46,249 nt of DNA, from the NCBI GenBank assembly GCA_964388435.1, contig CAYMAH010000064.1:1-46249 (forward strand), written 5' to 3'. Positions 1-8,514 of this stretch are shown here, piece after piece. The position numbers and the translations under genes are program-made. How positions within the stretch are numbered: the first letter of the stretch is position 1; every line of letters begins with the position of its first letter. The stretch comes from Candidatus Micrarchaeota archaeon. GTDB taxonomy: Archaea > Micrarchaeota > Micrarchaeia > Norongarragalinales > UBA8480. The notes under the pieces were generated by a model, which saw only the letters and a program-made list of their open reading frames with translations, did no database searches and was not told the DNA's origin.

Positions 1-94
1 TCCTGTAGAGGAAAAACGCAGCTTTCATGAATGGTGATTGTAAAAGCTCTTTTCGCCGCAGTTAGGTTCGGGGGTTCAAATCCCTCTCCCTGCA
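1..94 (+). tRNA. tRNA-Leu, 3' portion (5' half outside window), with a 55-nt intron (9-63) in the variable arm
   Basis: T-arm GGGGG-TTCAAAT-CCCTC and acceptor 3' strand TCCCTGC-A. Removing 9-63 at the BHB motif gives the variable arm CCT-GTAG-AGG typical of archaeal tRNA-Leu. The anticodon is not in the window. Confidence 0.8.
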
Positions 95-246
95 CTAACC
101 CGTCTCATAACACTAGCCGATTGGCATGTTTTTGCCGAATGTGACGAGAACCCTAAAATCCTCTTCCGCGTAGGAAGACAAGCATGAACGAGTTCGAAGT
201 GCACAAGAGCATGAAGAATTTCGAGCAATCCTGCGACCACCTCGAA

Positions 247-426
247 AGGGATAAACAGGTTGTACGACTGATGCCCGTCGATTAATGGCTTGATTGCTTC
301 CGCGATCGCCTTCATTTCCGCTTTTCGATGAACAAGCTCGGTGGGAAAGTATTCTGGCATACGTGCCTCTTCCTTTGTGATTATGCTACGCTACTCTGCG
401 CGTCCACGAGAAAACAGTTCGCTCAT
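247..426 (-). pseudogene. cdc6: Cdc6/Orc1 replication initiator, N-terminal relic
   Basis: MSELFSRGRAE*RSIITKEEARMPEYFPTELVHRKAEMKAIAEAIKPLIDGHQSYNLFI matches the Orc1/Cdc6 N-terminus (Y.P..L.HR..E...ia..i.p...g....nlfi). It has an in-frame TAG and is cut off just before Walker A. Confidence 0.7.
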
Positions 427-520
427 ATTCCCACATCACAGAAATAAGAGCGCCTCAAGATTTAAATCTGACGGTTAATTCCCGCTAATTTCTGCGGAAA
501 CGAGCTGTGTATGCTATGAA

Positions 521-3433
521 TCAGTACTCCTTTACATCACTATAATCGCCTAAGGTGCCTTTGATCTTGGCTTTGGTCAATTTTGCATATTCTAGGACTT
601 CTTCAGTAGTAGCGCCCTTTTTGCTCATTCCATAAAAAGTGCTCTCGCCGAGAAGAACATAGCTCCATGCGCAACCCATTCTGTCCTCCGGCTTTAATTC
701 ATTAACCTTGTTGATCCAATCAATTGTAGCCAATCTTTTCTGTTTTACATTTATGTTGTTTAGATCTCGCTCTGCTTTTGTTTCGACCAAATAAATTTTC
801 TCACCGATTTTAACAATAAAATCCGGGAAATAATGCGAGAGAAGTCCATCATCACGAATGTAGATTATGTTCGCAAAATCATAGTAATGCTCGTTTATTT
901 TCACGAACGCTTTTACTTTACTATCTGCATCGATGAATTCTATGAATGCCCGCTCGAATCCACCTTTATTGGAGGGGTAAGCGATTTGAGGGTATATTGA
1001 TTTAGCCACTTTGATAGCGTATGTTTCCCTTATTTTTATTTCCGTAATTTCAGAGAAATATTTCTTTATTATTCTTGCATCGATAACGTCGAGCTTGTTT
1101 TGTAAGTCATATATAACCTGACTAACGTTTTTTACAATATGCTGAATTATCCTCTCTTGGGTTAGTATTAGTATCTTCCAATTATTGTTTGCTAATGGAT
1201 CAAACTCTTTTCCAAATAACCTATATCGGATATATTCATCAACAAACTTAGCGATTAAGGCCGAGTTTATTTGCATTATTGGAAAATATTTATGGGACTT
1301 CTTTCCTATTTTCACAGGTATTGCTGAAACTGCGTTTACGATTTTTTGTATAAATGAATTGTAGCTTTTAGCCGTAAAGATATCTGCTGTAACAGAATAC
1401 TCCCCAAACCTTGTTTTTACCGTTAATTCCTCACCATAAAATTTATCCCCATCACTTGAAGCTAATGGTTTTAGTTGTTCTAAAGGAATGGGGAACTGCT
1501 CTAAACTTTGCAATGAAAGCTCTGGTTCAGATAAATACTCCTCTTTCTCATTTATAATTATGGGCCAGAAGAAATCATATTTTGAATAATCCTCTTTTAG
1601 GTCAACGGTAATTATATCGCCAACAACGCGGTCGCGCGCGGGTAATGTTTTTGTCTCAGCTATTGCGCCACTGAGTTCTCTCTCATAAAACTCTACAAAA
1701 GCAGGGTGTTCGATTATACTGAGAATATCCATATAGTTGTCTGGTTCTTCTTTTTTGATCAGCAACTTTTCACGGGTTTCACTTTTGCTATCTTGATACT
1801 GTGGTTCTCTCCACATTAGCCTTAAACCTCGTCCTATCGTTTGTTCCAATAAGATATACGAAGAGCTTGAACGCAATGGAACAATTACACAAATATTGTT
1901 TACATCAAATCCTTCTCTAAGCATCAAAACAGAGAGTATTACCTTTGGTTTCTGATGTTTATCCAAATCAAATAGTTTCTGTTTTACACTTTCCCACTCG
2001 TCCTCACCAATTTCTCCTTTTCGGTTGGAATGAATTTCCATAATGTCTTCTTCGCTTAAACCTTCTTGCCGTAAAAATTGTTCAACTAATGGAACGACGG
2101 TTGTATCCTCACAAATCACGAGCATCTTTGGATGTTTGTTCTCGTCTAACTTGTAGAACCCGTCCTCCAAAATTTTAAGTTTGGTAAGTCCGGCCCTCAG
2201 CATTATTCGTTGCCCTTCGGATAAAGTAAGTGTCTTGCCGTCCCACTCGGCCTTAAACTCTAATGGCAGTGCAGCGATTTCCTTACGTTTATCAATCGCT
2301 ACAGTTTTTACTAATCCATTTCGTATTGCAGTAACTATCTCAAAATTAACTATAATGTGAGGGAAAAAGTGCCTTGTTCTCTTTTGTCCTGAACCAGTGA
2401 CAGTATAAGGGGTTGCAGAAAAGTCTATTTGAACAAATCTATTGCCTTTTCTCCCCATTATTTCTAGAAGTGCTTCTTGCCATTTCTTTTCGAATACTTC
2501 ATCTGCTGTTTTCCATTCGCTAAGATGGTGCGCTTCATCATTGAAAACAATTAGATCCGGAAACTTGGCAAGAAATTCGATTTTCCGGCCCCTTAAATAT
2601 TTATTGTCTAATTGCTCTAAAGAATGCCCTGCAGTAGTTCCGGGAGTAATTGGTAGTATAGATTTAATTATTCTAGAAGAATTATCTAATGCGGTGCCAG
2701 AATCATTTTCTTCTTCGTCTTCAGCCAATAAATGCCAGTTAGTAATAGCAATTAAACCATCGCCAGTTACCTTCCTTGATATTTCATCTTTTTGAGCTAC
2801 AGAACTTTGTATAAATCCAAAAATTTCGTTTTTATAAGCTGGATGGCAAAATAGACTTTCAAACATCTTAAAATCTGATTTGGCAAAATCTCTCGTTCCG
2901 TCTTCTTTTCTTTTTCCAAGGTACGCATCCAATAATCGCTCATAAACAATAATGCCTGGTGCGACAAGCAAAAAGTTTTTTGTAAATCTTTCAGATAGCT
3001 GCTCTTCATGCTTTGCATTTAGATATTGCCAAATCAACAATGCTGACAAAACCCATGTTTTTCCAGTTCCAGTGGCCATTTTGATGCAGTATTTTGGATG
3101 ATTATACTTGTCTTTTTTCAGATCTATCAAATCCATCTCAGCAAGAAGATCCGGATAAATAGACATATACATATCTTGGACGTTTTTCACTTTCAGAATT
3201 TCGTGAACGTAGATCATGTTCAGTATTGCTTGCCACTGCCCCTCGTGAAAATTGAAAGTTCTCAAATCAGCAAAACTGCCTTCCGGATCCCAAAAACGAA
3301 GTAAATCCTTTGTTATCGGAGAAACCTTTTCGATGAAGCTGCCTTCTTTCCATTCTTTATTAGCCATTTTTGAGATCAGTTCAGCTAACTTCAATGGGAT
3401 AGTATTAGTTCCTAGTGATTTTGCTTGAACCAT
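521..3433 (-). CDS. res: Type III restriction enzyme Res subunit (SF2 helicase + PD-(D/E)XK nuclease)
   Basis: MATGTGKT Walker A, DEAHH, SATP, MLREGFDV, EQTIGRGLR, and C-terminal YFPDFIVK...LVETK; abuts mod. Confidence 0.9.
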   Translation of the reverse strand: MVQAKSLGTNTIPLKLAELISKMANKEWKEGSFIEKVSPITKDLLRFWDPEGSFADLRTFNFHEGQWQAILNMIYVHEILKVKNVQDMYMSIYPDLLAEMDLIDLKKDKYNHPKYCIKMATGTGKTWVLSALLIWQYLNAKHEEQLSERFTKNFLLVAPGIIVYERLLDAYLGKRKEDGTRDFAKSDFKMFESLFCHPAYKNEIFGFIQSSVAQKDEISRKVTGDGLIAITNWHLLAEDEEENDSGTALDNSSRIIKSILPITPGTTAGHSLEQLDNKYLRGRKIEFLAKFPDLIVFNDEAHHLSEWKTADEVFEKKWQEALLEIMGRKGNRFVQIDFSATPYTVTGSGQKRTRHFFPHIIVNFEIVTAIRNGLVKTVAIDKRKEIAALPLEFKAEWDGKTLTLSEGQRIMLRAGLTKLKILEDGFYKLDENKHPKMLVICEDTTVVPLVEQFLRQEGLSEEDIMEIHSNRKGEIGEDEWESVKQKLFDLDKHQKPKVILSVLMLREGFDVNNICVIVPLRSSSSYILLEQTIGRGLRLMWREPQYQDSKSETREKLLIKKEEPDNYMDILSIIEHPAFVEFYERELSGAIAETKTLPARDRVVGDIITVDLKEDYSKYDFFWPIIINEKEEYLSEPELSLQSLEQFPIPLEQLKPLASSDGDKFYGEELTVKTRFGEYSVTADIFTAKSYNSFIQKIVNAVSAIPVKIGKKSHKYFPIMQINSALIAKFVDEYIRYRLFGKEFDPLANNNWKILILTQERIIQHIVKNVSQVIYDLQNKLDVIDARIIKKYFSEITEIKIRETYAIKVAKSIYPQIAYPSNKGGFERAFIEFIDADSKVKAFVKINEHYYDFANIIYIRDDGLLSHYFPDFIVKIGEKIYLVETKAERDLNNINVKQKRLATIDWINKVNELKPEDRMGCAWSYVLLGESTFYGMSKKGATTEEVLEYAKLTKAKIKGTLGDYSDVKEY

Positions 3434-5422
3434 CTAAATGACCTCTTGCACTGCAACGCTTTCAAATCCAAAGACGTCTACGGCTTTTACACATATCTTC
3501 CTCTTTCCGTTCACTTTTGGAACTATGAGTTTAGCCTTTCTTTCAATTTTTAAAGTGTCTTCATGGTTTTCTCTATAATCCTGCCATTTACTTCTAAATA
3601 CGTCTTCATCATAGTCTGGGTCTATACTCCAATACTCTATTAAACTTAATGGGTCTTTTTCTATGACCTCCTCCAGTTTTTCCTTATTTTCCTTGTCTAA
3701 CGGCAGTGCATCCGGCGACAACAAAACATAATTCTCTAGCTCGACATCAATTTCATCATTTTCTTTATCAGACTCCTTCTTCCTTATTGGTTTTACATTC
3801 AGATACTGCAATGAAGAGAATCTCACCTTTCCTTCTCTTATTAGCCTTTCATAATCTGCTTTATGTTTAAGTTTTTCTAACAAGTCAGGCGGTATGACTA
3901 ATACCTCCATTCTGTCATCATCAATTTCCTTTTGGAAACTTTCTATTATTCTGCTAATATTCAAATCGAAATTCCAACCCAATACAATTACTTTCTCCCA
4001 TCCTCCCATAAATGATGCTCTAAGCTCCTGCGCTTTCTTTAATGTGGCATAGCCAGTCATTTTTTTAGGTGAGTCTACAAAAACTAGTGTTTTAGTTTGT
4101 TTTATGTAACCTAAGTTATTTGGTGTGCCTTGCTGCATTGGAAATGGCAAGGCACCATAAAGATTCAGAACGACATGTGCTAAGTCCCCAATACTTTTGA
4201 ATGATGACTGCTCAAATTGTTCTTTTTGATAATCTCCTATGGACTGAAACAAAAATGGTTTGGCATCTTGGTCTATAAGTCTTTTACGCGTTATCATGCA
4301 CGCAGGCTTTCCTAAGTCGCACATAATCCATCTTCTATCGAACTTTTCAGCAACCGCACTGGTTGTGCCACTACCTGAAAAGAAATCTGCCACTATAGAA
4401 TTAGGATTTGATGAAGATTGCACTATTCTTTCTAATAAATTCATGCTCTTTTGTGTATCAAAGCCCAAATATTCATCACTTGCCTTCTGAACATAAGATA
4501 GGTCTGACCAAACATCAGACATTAATACTCCTTCTTTATCCGAAATGTGCTGTTTCAGATATTTCTTCCCCGTCTTTGCATCACTGTAAATTTTGCCTTC
4601 TTTCTCGAATTTACTTATTGATTCATCTGAATAATTTCTGAGTATTTGCAGTCTATATTTACCCTTTTCATCCTCATATCGATACATGTCTAATGTCTTT
4701 TTCGAATATGGTGAAAAGCTTGGATTAAATATGCTTTTGCCCTTACTATACCATAATATTGTATCGTGTAACCTAGCAAACTGATTCATACCTCCAGATA
4801 CACCAGTAATGCCATGTGCCCTTTTCCATATTATCTCATTTCTGAAGTTATTTCTATCAAAAATATCATCCATAATAACTTTTACATAGTGTCCAACATG
4901 CCAGTCTATGTGAACATAAATTGAGCCTTGCTCACTTAGTAGTTCTTTCATAAGTATTAATCGTGGTACAATCATTTCAAGATAAGATTTCGTTCCTTCC
5001 TTCCACGTATCAGAATATGCAAACTGCTCGATTACAGTAGGCTTTTGTTTTATCTCTATCTTTGGTAAATGTATCTTTGTTCTGTAGTCAGCTTTGCTGT
5101 CAAACGGCGGGTCTATGTATATCAAATCTATTTTTCCTCTCATAGACGGTGTATTCGTAGCCGGATCTCCTGCAAGCAAGGCCTGCATGGCAAGAAGATT
5201 ATCCCCGTAAATCATTCTGTTGAGCCCATCTTTTTTATCAAGTTCTTTTACGGCTTGTCCAGTGAATCCTACAAGTCCACCCCCTGCTTTTGTTGGCAAA
5301 ACGAGTTCGTTTGTTTGTAGAGTTATGCGACTTCGGCTTGAGAGACTGTCCAGCCTTTTCTGAGCGTCTTTCTTTCCGTTTGCAACGATTTTTGGTAGTT
5401 CATCTATCAACGAATCTGGCAT
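3434..5422 (-). CDS. mod: Type III R-M Mod subunit (beta-class adenine DNA methyltransferase) with long C-terminal extension
   Basis: IYGDNL, DLIYIDPPF (motif IV), FRNEIIW, DFFSGSGTT (motif I); directly upstream of res. Confidence 0.92.
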   Translation of the reverse strand: MPDSLIDELPKIVANGKKDAQKRLDSLSSRSRITLQTNELVLPTKAGGGLVGFTGQAVKELDKKDGLNRMIYGDNLLAMQALLAGDPATNTPSMRGKIDLIYIDPPFDSKADYRTKIHLPKIEIKQKPTVIEQFAYSDTWKEGTKSYLEMIVPRLILMKELLSEQGSIYVHIDWHVGHYVKVIMDDIFDRNNFRNEIIWKRAHGITGVSGGMNQFARLHDTILWYSKGKSIFNPSFSPYSKKTLDMYRYEDEKGKYRLQILRNYSDESISKFEKEGKIYSDAKTGKKYLKQHISDKEGVLMSDVWSDLSYVQKASDEYLGFDTQKSMNLLERIVQSSSNPNSIVADFFSGSGTTSAVAEKFDRRWIMCDLGKPACMITRKRLIDQDAKPFLFQSIGDYQKEQFEQSSFKSIGDLAHVVLNLYGALPFPMQQGTPNNLGYIKQTKTLVFVDSPKKMTGYATLKKAQELRASFMGGWEKVIVLGWNFDLNISRIIESFQKEIDDDRMEVLVIPPDLLEKLKHKADYERLIREGKVRFSSLQYLNVKPIRKKESDKENDEIDVELENYVLLSPDALPLDKENKEKLEEVIEKDPLSLIEYWSIDPDYDEDVFRSKWQDYRENHEDTLKIERKAKLIVPKVNGKRKICVKAVDVFGFESVAVQEVI

Positions 5423-5547
5423 AATAAAACCTCATATCAGTGCTAATTTTCCAGCGATTGTTATCTTAAACTGATCATCTATATAACCTTGCCTCTTGAG
5501 CTCCCTAAGATGTATATAAATCATTCCCTTGGTTCGTCCTAGATGCC

Positions 5548-5868
5548 GTGATTATTTCAGGTCAAATAGATCTGCTGAAAAAGGTAGATGAGGACGGAAA
5601 CGTAACCGAATTCGAGATAATAGATTTCAAGACCGAGAATGACAAAAAGGAAAAGGCGTATCAGCTGGATTACGAGAAACAACTTAGGTTATATTCAATC
5701 GCGTGTCTCAAGTCCCCCGGTCTCAACCCAAAAAGAGCCACGGTTCACCATCTCGATAATACCCTTTTGGGCACCAAATCAAGCGTGGACATATCACCCA
5801 AGAAACTCGAGGAAACCAAGGAGTCGGTGAGGGAAGAAATATGTTGCGGAGACAATAGGTTCGAATAG
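5548..5868 (+). pseudogene. Fragment of a PD-(D/E)XK nuclease domain (C-terminus of a UvrD/AddA-like helicase-nuclease)
   Basis: ISGQIDLLKK...IIDFKT...YEKQLRLYSIA RecB-like motifs; no helicase N-terminus and a truncated C-terminus. Confidence 0.65.
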
Positions 5869-5918
5869 ACTTACATTTAATGCCAACATCATAAACGAGA
5901 TAGGAGAGGAATCAATAG

Positions 5919-6044
5919 AACAAAATGACAATCTACGAGATAAGGGACACGGTGCACGTGTTCCCAACGATGAGCGAGGCAATAAAAAAAGTCGCTCAAA
6001 GCTTTGAACAGGACTTGAACAAAATGGCGTGCTGCGTTGAATGA
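5919..6044 (+). pseudogene. merA: Mercuric reductase C-terminal remnant
   Basis: Unannotated frame NKMTIYEIRDTVHVFPTMSEAIKKVAQSFEQDLNKMACCVE* is the MerA C-terminus with the diagnostic vicinal CC; a stop codon lies immediately upstream. Confidence 0.85.
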
Positions 6045-6052
6045 AAAAAAAA

Positions 6053-6937
6053 TCAGTACATGCTTTCGAGGATTTTTATTCTGTCTTCAAGCGGAGGGTG
6101 GCTGGAAAAAAGGTTTGAAACCCCTTTTAGGGGGTTTGAAATATAAAGCGGGGCCGTGGTTTCAGTCGCGTGCTTTACAGGCGTGCTTGCGGGGTTTTTA
6201 GAGTATTGCTGGATTTTTTTCAAAGCGTCTGCAAGGCCTTTAGGATTTCTCGTTAGCCTTGCTCCATTCGCGTCGGCCATGTACTCTCTTTTTCTTGAAA
6301 TCGCCAGTTGAATGAGAGCGGCCGCTATAGGCGCTAGAATGCCGACAATCAAGGCAATTATGATGAATATTCCCTCATTCCTGTTGTCCCCTCCTCCGAA
6401 GAAAAGAAAGCTTCTGAAAAACATTGCTATAATGCCGATAACGCCTGCGAAGACTATTGCAATCATCATGAATTGAATGTCGTTGTTTCCCACGTGCGAC
6501 ATTTCATGGGCTAACACTCCCTCCAGCTCTTCCTTGTTCATCATTTGAAGAAGTCCTGTTGTCACGCATACCGAAGCGTGCTTTGGGCTTCTTCCTGTTG
6601 CGAAAGCATTTGGGTTTGGGTCATTCATTATGTAAATCTTGGGAACCGGAAGCTGTTGGGCTAGTGCAAGTCCTTCCACTATATTGTACAACCCGGGGTA
6701 TTGTTTTCTGTCGGCTTCTTTTGCCTGGCTAATGCTTAAAACAACCTTATCTCCTGCAAAATAAGTGAACGCCGCGTAGATTCCAACCAGAATGAAGCTT
6801 ACCGCAAGGCTCAAAACGCCTCCTCCGAGCAGAATGGCGAAAATGTAAACAATTCCTACGAACAGAAGGAAGAAAACTGCCATTAACACAAACGATTTCA
6901 GCCTGTTTTTAGCTATCTGGTCAAAGAAACTAACCAT
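6053..6937 (-). CDS. htpX: Zinc metalloprotease HtpX (M48)
   Basis: PNAFATGR, LAHEMSH (HExxH), SRKREYMADA, SSHPP; transmembrane segments. Confidence 0.95.
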   Translation of the reverse strand: MVSFFDQIAKNRLKSFVLMAVFFLLFVGIVYIFAILLGGGVLSLAVSFILVGIYAAFTYFAGDKVVLSISQAKEADRKQYPGLYNIVEGLALAQQLPVPKIYIMNDPNPNAFATGRSPKHASVCVTTGLLQMMNKEELEGVLAHEMSHVGNNDIQFMMIAIVFAGVIGIIAMFFRSFLFFGGGDNRNEGIFIIIALIVGILAPIAAALIQLAISRKREYMADANGARLTRNPKGLADALKKIQQYSKNPASTPVKHATETTAPLYISNPLKGVSNLFSSHPPLEDRIKILESMY

Positions 6938-6966
6938 TCAAACACCATGTTATTATTTTTTTTGTT

Positions 6967-7581
6967 TTATTTTTTGGATTGTTTTGAGGTTTTTGCCGGC
7001 TGTGAAGGCGCGGATGGTTGCGGGTTGTTGACGTCGTCAAAGTTAACCTTAACCACCTGCTTTTCCTCCTCAGGGGCTTGGAAGAAGTCTGCTTTTGTGA
7101 AGTTGAATGTTCCCGCGAAAATGTTTCCGGGGAATTGTTGAATTGCGTTGTTGAAGTCCAGGACATAATCATTGTAAGAGGTTCTTACGAAAGAGATTTT
7201 GTCTTCGGTTGTCTCCAGTTCCTCCTGAAGCATTTTGAAGTTCTCGTTCGCCTTCAAATCAGGATAATTCTCGGCGACGGCGAAAATGCTTTTCAAAGCC
7301 TGGCTTATCTGATTGTTTGCCTGCGCTTTGTCCTGGACAGAGCCTGAAACTATCGAGCTTCTCAATCTAGTCACGTCTGTTAGCACCTGCTTTTCGTATT
7401 TCATGTAACCTTTGACGGTTTCAACCAGGTTTGGTATCAAATCGTACCTTCTTTTCAGTTGAACGTCGATTTGAGCCCAGGCGTCTTGAACCCTGTTTCT
7501 CTTAGATATCAAGCCATTGTAAATCAAAATTATGATAACCAAAAGAACAACTATAATACCTCCAATAATCCAACTCAACAT
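6967..7581 (-). CDS. lemA: LemA family protein
   Basis: N-terminal TM, AWAQIDVQLKRRYDLIPNLVETVKGY, AVAENYPDLKAN; lemA-htpX synteny. Confidence 0.95.
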   Translation of the reverse strand: MLSWIIGGIIVVLLVIIILIYNGLISKRNRVQDAWAQIDVQLKRRYDLIPNLVETVKGYMKYEKQVLTDVTRLRSSIVSGSVQDKAQANNQISQALKSIFAVAENYPDLKANENFKMLQEELETTEDKISFVRTSYNDYVLDFNNAIQQFPGNIFAGTFNFTKADFFQAPEEEKQVVKVNFDDVNNPQPSAPSQPAKTSKQSKK

Positions 7582-7774
7582 AATTTCATCACTTCTTTCA
7601 GAATTTAAACTCTTTTTTAAAAAGTTTAAAATATTTTGAACCTTTTTATTTATATTTAAATAGGTATTTTAACTTTTTGTTTAAATTGCGATTAAAAAAC
7701 AGTTTTTTTCTTAAAAGTGCAGTTGAAACTTGTTAACCTATTAACTTAAAAGATTTCATTCCCTTAATATAAAA

Positions 7775-7835
7775 CAGTGATGATACCACCCCAGTCTGAG
7801 CTTAACGCTTTGATGACAAAGGTAGCTTCTGATTG
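7775..7835 (+). ncRNA. Box C/D 2'-O-methylation guide sRNA (predicted 23S rRNA targets)
   Basis: C box GTGATGA 7777-7783, guide TACCACCCCAGT, D' CTGA 7796-7799, C' TGATGA 7811-7816, guide CAAAGGTAGCTT, D CTGA 7829-7832; both guides are 12 nt. Confidence 0.9.
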
Positions 7836-7937
7836 AATAATTATCTATAAACTTATTTTTTTTAGAAAACTTTTAATTTTTGCATAAAAAATAAGATTTT
7901 TTTTATTGTTTGGTGCTTCTAAAAATCGTAAAAAACG

Positions 7938-7988
7938 GGTTCTGTCAATAAATTCGGTGCTTTTAAACTCCTGTCGCATAAGGCGCCT
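7938..7988 (+). repeat. Left terminal inverted repeat, including a dif-like site at 7971-7998
   Basis: GGTTCTGTCAATAAATTCGGTGCTTTTAAACTCCTGTCGCATAAGGCGCCT. Confidence 0.9.
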
Positions 7989-8031
7989 TAATAATTAGCT
8001 TTTTAACCTTTAGCGATTAATCTTTTTTGTA

Positions 8032-8514
8032 ATGTCAAACTATAAGAATTGTCTTAGGTGGGATGTTAAGCAACTCTCAAAAGCTATGAAAATCAAGCCT
8101 AAAGACGTGAAAGAATATTTTACTGATGGGAGGAGAGTGTCTTTTATTCTTGAAAGAAGGCTTGCTTATGAGGTTATTCATGGTAGATTGGCGTTAAGTG
8201 AGGGTGCTGATTATGATCTTATAGATAAGGAAGGCAAGAAGTATGAGGTTAGGAGCATCACTGACAATGGTATTTATTTTTGTCCAAGTTATATGATAGG
8301 TTCTGGTAGGTCTTTTAATGAAAAGGGTTTTTTAAAGAAGTTAAAAGACATTGAGGGGTATATAATAGCGGATGTTTATGGTTTTCCAAACATTCTTTTT
8401 TGGGTAATCCCTAATTATACTGTTAAAAAATGGTGGGATGAAGGATTACTAGGCAAAACTACTAAGATAAGCAGAGGTAGAGCGTTAGAATTAGTAAAAG
8501 AGTTAAAAGTCTGA
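8032..8514 (+). CDS. Putative Type II restriction endonuclease
   Basis: 160 aa with DYDLIDKEGKKYEVRS, a PD-(D/E)XK-like motif with R at the K position; convergent with and overlapping the DNA MTase. Confidence 0.6.
   Translation: MSNYKNCLRWDVKQLSKAMKIKPKDVKEYFTDGRRVSFILERRLAYEVIHGRLALSEGADYDLIDKEGKKYEVRSITDNGIYFCPSYMIGSGRSFNEKGFLKKLKDIEGYIIADVYGFPNILFWVIPNYTVKKWWDEGLLGKTTKISRGRALELVKELKV

Noticed and set aside
1-12. CTGTAGA read as a tRNA-Tyr anticodon loop with a canonical intron
   Set aside because: The acceptor strand implies a G1-C72 start (archaeal Tyr has C1-G72), and BHB splicing yields a Leu-type variable arm directly before the T-arm.
76-360. 94-aa ORF as an intact gene
   Set aside because: Only the first ~37 aa resemble Cdc6; the rest is read-through that runs antisense into the tRNA.
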